IMG/VR virus record: IMGVR_UViG_3300012665_000316
Coordinates: 17,287 to 81,286 of that record
Direction: 5' to 3' (one strand)
Origin: a virus
Taxonomy: Duplodnaviria > Caudoviricetes
DNA: 64,000 nucleotides
Each line of letters opens with the position of its first letter. Position 1 is the first letter of the stretch. The position numbers and the translations under genes were made by a program. This document shows positions 57,583 to 64,000 of the stretch, piece after piece. Below the pieces are notes generated by a model. The model ran no database searches. It was given only the letters and a program-made list of their open reading frames with translations, and was not told the DNA's origin.

Positions 57583-58089
57583 ATGCAGATTTTAACATTA
57601 GACAACGAGTATTTTTCGTTAAACAATTTACCCGATGAGGTAGATGAAAACACTAGATTCGCTGTACTAGATAATAGTGAACCAAAGGAACCAGACTTTT
57701 TCTTTATGCCTTTAATTTTCTTAGAAAGTTTTAATGCACCTGCAATGGTACTTAGAATTGGCAATGAAGAAGTTACAATGCCTATTGATTGGAGCATTGC
57801 AGTTGGTGATAGTTCAAGTGCATGTGACATTGAAGTATTGCCGTTGACTAGCTTAAACGATAGAGGATTTGAAGCATTAATTTTTAATCCGCTAAGTTCA
57901 TTTAGGGTAGAGTTTAAGAAGATTGAAATTGTAAATTTCTACAATGATGTTAAATGGTACTTTCCAAAGATGAAAAACGGACAACTATTAGCAACCCCTT
58001 TGTCAGCAGGCTCAAAACCAAACTGTGCATACTTTGTTAAAGAAATTAGCAGACAAAGCGAAATCATTCAACTGGATAAGATATTATAA
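57583..58089 (+). CDS. Hypothetical beta-rich protein, possibly Hint-like (start 57583)
   Basis: MQILTLDN start 4 nt after the uvsW stop; mostly beta-strand pattern. Confidence 0.55.
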   Translation: MQILTLDNEYFSLNNLPDEVDENTRFAVLDNSEPKEPDFFFMPLIFLESFNAPAMVLRIGNEEVTMPIDWSIAVGDSSSACDIEVLPLTSLNDRGFEALIFNPLSSFRVEFKKIEIVNFYNDVKWYFPKMKNGQLLATPLSAGSKPNCAYFVKEISRQSEIIQLDKIL

Positions 58090-58358
58090 TGGGAAGCCTT
58101 AAGCCTGGTGCAACCTATGTATACGAGCGAGATAAGGGAACCGTTTATGCTCGTGAATTTGGTGCTGATCCTAGTACACGAAAACCAATTGGTTGGGATC
58201 ACGATCCTCGAACTAGCGATGGTAGGCCGTTACACGATCATATAATGGATGACAAGTTGTGGGGAGAAATTCGGCGAGAAGCAAAGACCAATATCACTTT
58301 ACAAAAGGCCATTGACCGTGTTATAATGATATACAAGTTAAGTAAGGACAGAATATAA
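58089..58358 (+). CDS. Hypothetical protein (89 aa)
   Basis: TAATG coupling on both sides. Confidence 0.65.
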   Translation: MGSLKPGATYVYERDKGTVYAREFGADPSTRKPIGWDHDPRTSDGRPLHDHIMDDKLWGEIRREAKTNITLQKAIDRVIMIYKLSKDRI

Positions 58359-58984
58359 TGGCATTAAAAGTTGCATATTTTCAGCCAATTGTGTTAGCAA
58401 TTGACAATATACCGCCTGTAGAGTTTAGTAAGATTTTTAATCTAGCTGAAACATTACATAGCCGACCAGAATTAAATGATGCCAATAACCCGGCAATTAG
58501 TATTCGTGGCGGGCAACAAATCCAAGTGTACCCTAATGAATTAAATTTAGATGTTACATGGTTAATTAAGTGGTTAGAAACTATATGTCAAGGATATATG
58601 GAATTAGTAACTGCACAGTCAGGTACTGAAGATTTAAAATATTGTAAACCAGTTATAACTAGTATATGGACCATTAGACAAACAGAAGGTCAGTATCAGG
58701 AAATGCATAGCCATCCAGGCGGCAACCTTAGCGGTAACATGTATATTAGTGAGCCTGAACTTGCTGACGGCAGTAATCCCTCAGACGGGCAGATTTTATT
58801 TAGACTTCCACAAACACGTGATGTAAGTAAATTTATAATGAACGATACATGGAAATATAAAGGTCAGCCCGGTACAGTAATAGTATTTCCGAGTAGTTTA
58901 CCGCATACTGTATATCCGTGGAAGGGCCAAGGTAATCGAACTGTTATGGCATTTGATGCAAGATTGGTACCTAAAGATGAGTGA
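58358..58984 (+). CDS. Putative 2OG-Fe(II) oxygenase (HxH type)
   Basis: MHSHPGGNLSGNMY...VFPSSLPHTVYPW...RTVMAFD. Confidence 0.8.
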   Translation: MALKVAYFQPIVLAIDNIPPVEFSKIFNLAETLHSRPELNDANNPAISIRGGQQIQVYPNELNLDVTWLIKWLETICQGYMELVTAQSGTEDLKYCKPVITSIWTIRQTEGQYQEMHSHPGGNLSGNMYISEPELADGSNPSDGQILFRLPQTRDVSKFIMNDTWKYKGQPGTVIVFPSSLPHTVYPWKGQGNRTVMAFDARLVPKDE

Positions 58985-59444
58985 TAAATTAGAACTTAAA
59001 GATGTGTTAGGTGCAGTTGATTGCGGCGCAAGAGAAGTATGGGATGAACTTACTCCTGAACAGCGAAAAAGTGTTGCTTTCTTTTTACTAAACAGATATA
59101 TGAGTTCTGTTAAATCTAGTAGTAGAGATGTTCAAGAACATTTTGTATTAGCCACAAACGAATATTTTAATAAACACTTTTTTGGATTGAGTAAGCACCC
59201 AAAGTTGTTATGGCAGTTACTATGCCTATGCAGTCACGATACAAAAAAGATTATGTTCCACGAATGGATCGGGCATAAGCGTAAGGGTACTAACAAGCGG
59301 ACTAAGGTGTTAGAAGAGTTATACCCAGAAAGAAAACAAGACGAAATTGACCTACTAAGTAACATTATGACAGATAAAGAAGTCAAAGATGTTTGTCGGC
59401 AGTTTGGCATGTCAGAAAAAGATATTGCATCCAAGTTAAAATGA
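58977..59444 (+). CDS. Possible clamp-loader small subunit (T4 gp62-like); start 58977
   Basis: Helical; FLLNRYMSS...NE..N..F..L.KHP..W..LC pattern; replication context. Confidence 0.45.
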   Translation: MSDKLELKDVLGAVDCGAREVWDELTPEQRKSVAFFLLNRYMSSVKSSSRDVQEHFVLATNEYFNKHFFGLSKHPKLLWQLLCLCSHDTKKIMFHEWIGHKRKGTNKRTKVLEELYPERKQDEIDLLSNIMTDKEVKDVCRQFGMSEKDIASKLK

Positions 59445-60139
59445 TGAAACTATCAGTAGTGGATAAACCATATAGTTGCGAACATTGCGGAACAAAGTTT
59501 ATGAAAGAGAAAACTTTGTTTGTTCACGTCTGCGAACAAAAGCGAAGAGCGTTAGCCAAGACTGAAAAGCATGTTCAAATTGGTTATGATACCTACAATA
59601 GATTTTATCAAAAGACACAAAAATTTAAAGGCATTAAAACATACGATGAATTTGCTCGTAGCCCGTACTATAATGCTTTTGTAAAATTTGGCAGTTTTGT
59701 TAGTAATGTAAATCCTCTGTATCCAGATAGATTTATCGACTTTATTGTCACTAGCGGATTTAAATTAGATCATTGGTGCAGAGATGAGTTATACGATGTA
59801 TACGTTCTTGATTTAATAAAAAGTGAACCTGTTGAAACTGCGTTGCAACGTAGCATAACACATTTGATGAATTGGGGTGAAGAAAACAAAGCCGAATGGA
59901 GTCATTACTTTATGTATGTTAGTTTGAGTCGAGCAACATTTGACATCCGTGACGGCAAAGTAAGTCCCTGGTTATTGCTAAACTGTCCTAGCGGTAAAGC
60001 TATGTTAGGTAAGTTTAGTGATGAACAATTAGAAGCAGTAGCACTACAAATCGATCCTCCGTTCTGGGTCAATAAATTTAAAAAACATCGAGATGATGTT
60101 GAACTTGTTAAGCAAGTAGTTAAGGAATCTAAATTATGA
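59441..60139 (+). CDS. Hypothetical protein with N-terminal C2H2-like zinc finger (start about 59441)
   Basis: YSCEHCGTKF..E..L..H.C. Confidence 0.6.
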   Translation: MMKLSVVDKPYSCEHCGTKFMKEKTLFVHVCEQKRRALAKTEKHVQIGYDTYNRFYQKTQKFKGIKTYDEFARSPYYNAFVKFGSFVSNVNPLYPDRFIDFIVTSGFKLDHWCRDELYDVYVLDLIKSEPVETALQRSITHLMNWGEENKAEWSHYFMYVSLSRATFDIRDGKVSPWLLLNCPSGKAMLGKFSDEQLEAVALQIDPPFWVNKFKKHRDDVELVKQVVKESKL

Positions 60140-60324
60140 AAACACGCACACTAAAAGACGCAACTGAAGTAGAAGAATTAAATTTTCCAATTACACTCGA
60201 AGTACACACTAAATGCCCTAGTAAATGGATGCTGATAGACTTAGAAACAGGCGAACATTACATGGGTCAAAATAATGTAGAAAAGTTCCAGCAGTGGAAA
60301 CGTATGGAAAGAAATAATGCCTGA
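60136..60324 (+). CDS. Hypothetical protein (62 aa)
   Basis: ATGA coupling to the upstream ORF; overlaps the next start. Confidence 0.55.
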   Translation: MKTRTLKDATEVEELNFPITLEVHTKCPSKWMLIDLETGEHYMGQNNVEKFQQWKRMERNNA

Positions 60325-60895
60325 TATTGACATTGACTTCTTAGATCGAGAAGAGCCGCTAAAACATATTAAACACGTTGCGGCTTCTATCAACGACAAT
60401 GGAACTTTTAAAAAACATAATTCTGGTGTCTATTGTACTAGTATCCCGTACAATCCTATCACGGGAATGAGTACTATTGATTATAAGTCTGCAGAAGATC
60501 GCGGATACTTTAAGATTGATTTTTTAAATGTGGGAATTTATAAAGGAGTAAGAAGCGAGGACCATCTTACTCAACTTATGGAGACTGAACCATTATGGGA
60601 TTTACTGTTACAGGACGACTTCGTGAACTTGTTGTTCCATGTGAATGGGCATGGGTCTATTCTAAGACAAGCGGCACCAAAGTCTATAGAAGAATTAGCG
60701 GCGGTACTAGCGATGATCAGGCCCGCGAAACGTTATCTGATTGGGAAAGATTGGACTACGGTGATGACAGAAGTTTGGACGAAACCAGAGAATGATGAGT
60801 ACTATTTTAAGAAAGCTCATGCGGTGGCGTATGCAATGGCAATCGTGGTACAGATGAATTTAATCTGCGAAAGTATTAGTTATGGATATCAATAA
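60317..60895 (+). CDS. dnaE: Miniature DNA polymerase III alpha (DnaE)-like catalytic fragment
   Basis: MPDIDIDF, KHNSGVY, FKIDFLNV, LAMIRP and FKKAHAVAYA match C-family polymerase motifs. Confidence 0.8.
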   Translation: MPDIDIDFLDREEPLKHIKHVAASINDNGTFKKHNSGVYCTSIPYNPITGMSTIDYKSAEDRGYFKIDFLNVGIYKGVRSEDHLTQLMETEPLWDLLLQDDFVNLLFHVNGHGSILRQAAPKSIEELAAVLAMIRPAKRYLIGKDWTTVMTEVWTKPENDEYYFKKAHAVAYAMAIVVQMNLICESISYGYQ

Positions 60896-61545
60896 TGGAA
60901 ACTATTAATCTTTCAAATATAGGTATTGTTCAATCACAAGCCAGCCCCGAATTGATGGCAACTGTTGGTGCAGAAGTATCAAAAATTCAATCAGATTTTT
61001 CTAAAGCAATCGCTAAAAATCAAACTCTTGCTGGCAACATTTTGCATGAATATCAACTTACTGATTGTCTTTCTGCTCTAGAAACAAAGACTCGAGAGAT
61101 GGCTATGCTACATCAGGAAACATATAGCAACAGTTATACTACTGGGTTAAATGCTCACACTAATATTTTAGAAAGCGGTAAAATACCTAAACTAAAATTA
61201 AAAAGTGCATGGGTTAATTTTCAGCAAAAGGGAGAATTTAATCCGTTACATAACCATACGGGATTGTATAGTTTTGTTTTATGGTATAAAATTCCTTACT
61301 ATGCTAACATAGAAGAAAGGGCTGGCCCTGGCAGGAAATCTAAAAATCAACTATCTGGAAAGTTTCAATTCCATTATACAGACATTCTTGGAAACATAAC
61401 TGGCTCGGCATTGTCGATAGATAATAAATGGGAAGGGCAGATATTATTATTTCCGTCGTTGCTCAATCACTCTGTTTATCCATTTTATAGCAGTAATGAT
61501 TACAGGATAAGCATAGCAGGCAATTTATTTCTAGTATCGGAGTAA
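60895..61545 (+). CDS. Putative 2OG-Fe(II) oxygenase (HxH type)
   Basis: WVNFQ..GEFNPLHNH.G.YSFV.W...FPS.L.HSVYPFY...RISIAGN. Confidence 0.8.
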   Translation: METINLSNIGIVQSQASPELMATVGAEVSKIQSDFSKAIAKNQTLAGNILHEYQLTDCLSALETKTREMAMLHQETYSNSYTTGLNAHTNILESGKIPKLKLKSAWVNFQQKGEFNPLHNHTGLYSFVLWYKIPYYANIEERAGPGRKSKNQLSGKFQFHYTDILGNITGSALSIDNKWEGQILLFPSLLNHSVYPFYSSNDYRISIAGNLFLVSE

Positions 61546-61549
61546 TTAA

Positions 61550-62143
61550 GTGGACATAGTAATATTAGACAATATAATATCCAAGGAATATCAAGATTAT
61601 CTTGAGCAATTACTTTTAGATAACGGAGAACTTCCGTGGTTCTTAATCCGTAATCTAAATGAGGTAAAGTCGAATCAAGATAATATTTCGTTACCGGGTT
61701 TATCTATACAATCTATTAGTGACGGGAAAGATCATGGAATGTTGGCACTAGTATTTAGAAGTTTGGCATTTAATCTAGCAGAGAAACTTGGAGTTTCTAT
61801 TAATGAAGTTATCAATGCTAGGACATTTTTACAGTTACCTGGCGGTAATCTTCAAGATACTATACCTCGGGAATATCATGTAGACTGTGCAAAACCGCAT
61901 AAAGTTTTATTATATTATGTTAACGAATCTGATGGTAATACTATACTACTCAAACAACGATATCCGTTTTCTTATAACAAGATTAGTGGATTAACTAAAG
62001 GTGATGTCCTACAAGAAATAGAACCTAAGAAAGGTAGAGTAGTGATGTTTGACGGTTCGCACTTTCATTCAAGTACTATTCCTAGTAAACAATTAAGATG
62101 TGTTATTAATCTAGATGTTAGCTTAACGAGGTCTGCGAACTAA
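61550..62143 (+). CDS. Putative 2OG-Fe(II) oxygenase
   Basis: YHVD...LYYVNESDGNT...PKKGR...FDG..FHSS..P...R.VIN. Confidence 0.8.
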   Translation: MDIVILDNIISKEYQDYLEQLLLDNGELPWFLIRNLNEVKSNQDNISLPGLSIQSISDGKDHGMLALVFRSLAFNLAEKLGVSINEVINARTFLQLPGGNLQDTIPREYHVDCAKPHKVLLYYVNESDGNTILLKQRYPFSYNKISGLTKGDVLQEIEPKKGRVVMFDGSHFHSSTIPSKQLRCVINLDVSLTRSAN

Positions 62144-62497
62144 CTGTACACTTTTACGTTTGACTCGTTTTAACGTTAGATTCATTAAGTTTACTGTTGG
62201 ACCTAGTATAATACGCACATCCTTGCTGTTGAATGTTTTAATAGCATAGGCAAATGGCTGTATTAGATCTTTGCAAATAATTGTAATTGGAAATTGTCTA
62301 TTACTTTCCCACCACCATGAATCGCCTATTTCTAAAAACACAACCTTCTCTTCGGGTGTTTTTATAGAATTCAAATCGTAGAAACTTGTTACAAACTGAT
62401 CCTGGTTTATAATAAGTCCCACAAACTCGTCTTCTCCATAGTTTATGACGCTGATAAAGGGTAATTTTTCTTCGATGTTATCTCTTAGTTTTGCCAT
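62123..62497 (-). CDS. Hypothetical protein (124 aa)
   Basis: Plausible globular sequence with a basic C-terminus; divergent from the next structural gene. Confidence 0.6.
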   Translation of the reverse strand: MAKLRDNIEEKLPFISVINYGEDEFVGLIINQDQFVTSFYDLNSIKTPEEKVVFLEIGDSWWWESNRQFPITIICKDLIQPFAYAIKTFNSKDVRIILGPTVNLMNLTLKRVKRKSVQLVRRPR

Positions 62498-62524
62498 AAA
62501 TATAGTATAAAGGTCCTGCCGTTA

Positions 62525-63424
62525 ATGCAAAAAATCTCAACATATTTATATCCAAATAGAATCGAGCTCTTAGCAGATTTGGCTGGCTTTCCTGTGGAGT
62601 ATACTAACGTGTATCAGAGAAATGTAAAAATATATAGCGGCGTCGATAATACCATAGAATTTGATATTAAGAACGCTGATCAGAAACGAATCGATTTATC
62701 AACGCTAACTTCCATCCAGATGCATATCATGGACGCAAAGGGAAAAGCACTTGCATGTAGTCCATACACAGTAACTCCGATGAATCAAACAACTCTCAAG
62801 GGGCTTGCTACAGTCACAATTCCAGCCCTTGATATGGAAATACTGGATGGTCAATTTTTACAATATAGTGTAGTGGCAAAGAAAAATCTAGCAGATGTTA
62901 TACTATATGCCGATTCGCGATTTGGAGCATTGGGCAAGATAGAATTGATAAAAAGTGTTATCCCTTATCACAGCAGACCTGTACAAATTTTTAATTCGTT
63001 TACGGGGGAAATTGATTTAAATGGTGATGTTATTAATCATTCCAGTGCGATCCCTGCCACATTTTACGAAGCCGATATTACACCCGCATTACAATTCACT
63101 GTAGAGATGACAGGATTTATTGGACGCATTTGGCTAGAAGGGACCAAATCTTCTACAATTACTGTAGACTCTTTTAGAAACTCTGCTACATTGCTAACAC
63201 AAACATACATTACTCCAAATTCACAAACTTTAATATGGGCCAATGTAAATGTTGAAGATTTTAAATATTTTAGGGTGTATTATCAAGGCGATAATCCACT
63301 AACACCGACCGGGTCAGTCAATCGAATTTTAGTTAATTCTGATGTATGTGCTGATCCATTCAATACAGTAGACGGCGGCCCATCCGAAGGTAACGCCCTA
63401 GTAATAGACGGGGGAGCGGCATAA
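62525..63424 (+). CDS. Probable virion structural protein
   Basis: ATAAATA box at 62496; G.DN.I.F..KN.DQK beta-sandwich-like N-terminus; ends in DGG..DGG motifs; coupled to the fibre gene. Confidence 0.55.
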   Translation: MQKISTYLYPNRIELLADLAGFPVEYTNVYQRNVKIYSGVDNTIEFDIKNADQKRIDLSTLTSIQMHIMDAKGKALACSPYTVTPMNQTTLKGLATVTIPALDMEILDGQFLQYSVVAKKNLADVILYADSRFGALGKIELIKSVIPYHSRPVQIFNSFTGEIDLNGDVINHSSAIPATFYEADITPALQFTVEMTGFIGRIWLEGTKSSTITVDSFRNSATLLTQTYITPNSQTLIWANVNVEDFKYFRVYYQGDNPLTPTGSVNRILVNSDVCADPFNTVDGGPSEGNALVIDGGAA

Positions 63425-64000
63425 TGTCTTGCGAAATACAATATACGAGAATACAATTAAGAAGAGATATCGCTAGCGATTGGACTAGTAATAATCCAAC
63501 ATTGGCAGAAGGCGAAGCTGGCTATGAAATTGGCACAGGCAAGCTAAAGATAGGCGATGGTGTTACAGCGTGGAACAATCTTGCCTACTTTGATGATCGT
63601 ACTGCTAACTGGACAGATATTACTGGCCGCCCAATTAACTTATCGGATTTAAATAATGATGTTGGCTACATTACACTTGCTGACTTGCCAGCTCCATATG
63701 TATTACCCACAGCAACTGAAGTTAGACTAGGTGGTATTAAAGTTGGTGCTAATTTAACTGTAGCTGTCGATGGTACACTAAACGCAGAGCAGGGCGACTA
63801 TGTGTTACCAACTGCTAGCGATACAGTACTAGGTGGTGTTAAAGTTGATGGAACTACAATAACTATTGATGGTGATGGTGTTATTAGTGCCAATGACCCT
63901 GATCTGTTAGGTAATCTCACAGTATCAGATCAAACTATTTCAGGAACCAATGAGAACGGTGACATTGTACTAGCACCAAATGGTTCAGGATTTGTTTCGG
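63424..64000 (+). CDS. Fibre protein with Mtd_N/hyaluronidase-type N-terminal domain, 3'-truncated, not in the ORF track
   Basis: Manual translation: MSCEIQYTRIQLRRDIASDWTSNNPTLAEGEAGYEIGTGKLKIGDGVTAWNNLAY, then two YVLPTA...LGG(I/V)KV repeats; no stop seen before the window end. Confidence 0.8.
   Translation, partial: MSCEIQYTRIQLRRDIASDWTSNNPTLAEGEAGYEIGTGKLKIGDGVTAWNNLAYFDDRTANWTDITGRPINLSDLNNDVGYITLADLPAPYVLPTATEVRLGGIKVGANLTVAVDGTLNAEQGDYVLPTASDTVLGGVKVDGTTITIDGDGVISANDPDLLGNLTVSDQTISGTNENGDIVLAPNGSGFVS

Noticed and set aside
44716-59444. ORF-track starts at 44716, 48436, 50876, 54916, 57562, 58953 and 59393
   Set aside because: They overlap upstream genes or promoters; downstream ATGs fit promoter, RBS or coupling signals better.
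1-64000. Stop-codon reassignment, as seen in some large phages
   Set aside because: Genes up to 3392 aa and all core genes read intact in the standard code with dense packing.
1-64000. tRNA, rRNA or CRISPR arrays
   Set aside because: Intergenic gaps are short (at most about 150 nt) and are explained by promoters and terminators; no cloverleaf or repeat-spacer pattern seen by eye. tRNAscan was not run.

Overview
A 64-kb piece of a large lytic T4-like (probably jumbo) myovirus genome, read with the standard genetic code. Bases 1-19.3 kb hold virion/tail-fibre genes on the + strand: two giant paralogous fibre-like proteins and three tandem C1q-tipped paralogues. Bases 19.3-32.1 kb form a tightly coupled minus-strand enzyme cassette: a GroES co-chaperonin, 4 flavin-dependent tryptophan-halogenase-family genes, 7 2OG-Fe(II) oxygenases and 3 paralogues with dUTPase-like motifs. 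The cassette starts at a hairpin that contains an exact T4-type late promoter (TATAAATA) and sequesters the groES RBS. Bases 32-52 kb carry neck, tail and packaging genes (gp15-, gp14-, gp13-like, dNMP kinase, gp18, gp19, gp4, gp17) and low-complexity candidate internal head proteins. Bases 52-62 kb carry recombination/replication genes (gp32, UvsX, UvsY, UvsW, a gp62-like protein, a 192-aa miniature DnaE) interleaved with 3 more oxygenases. The window ends in a structural gene and a truncated Mtd_N-type fibre gene missing from the ORF track. The best candidate for an undescribed system is the late-expressed halogenase/oxygenase cassette beside the receptor-binding fibres. A second notable pattern is apparent leaderless late transcription, with ATG 4-6 nt after the TAAATA box at many genes. 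No tRNA, rRNA, CRISPR array, integrase or transposase was recognised. All family assignments come from motif recognition by eye, not database searches.
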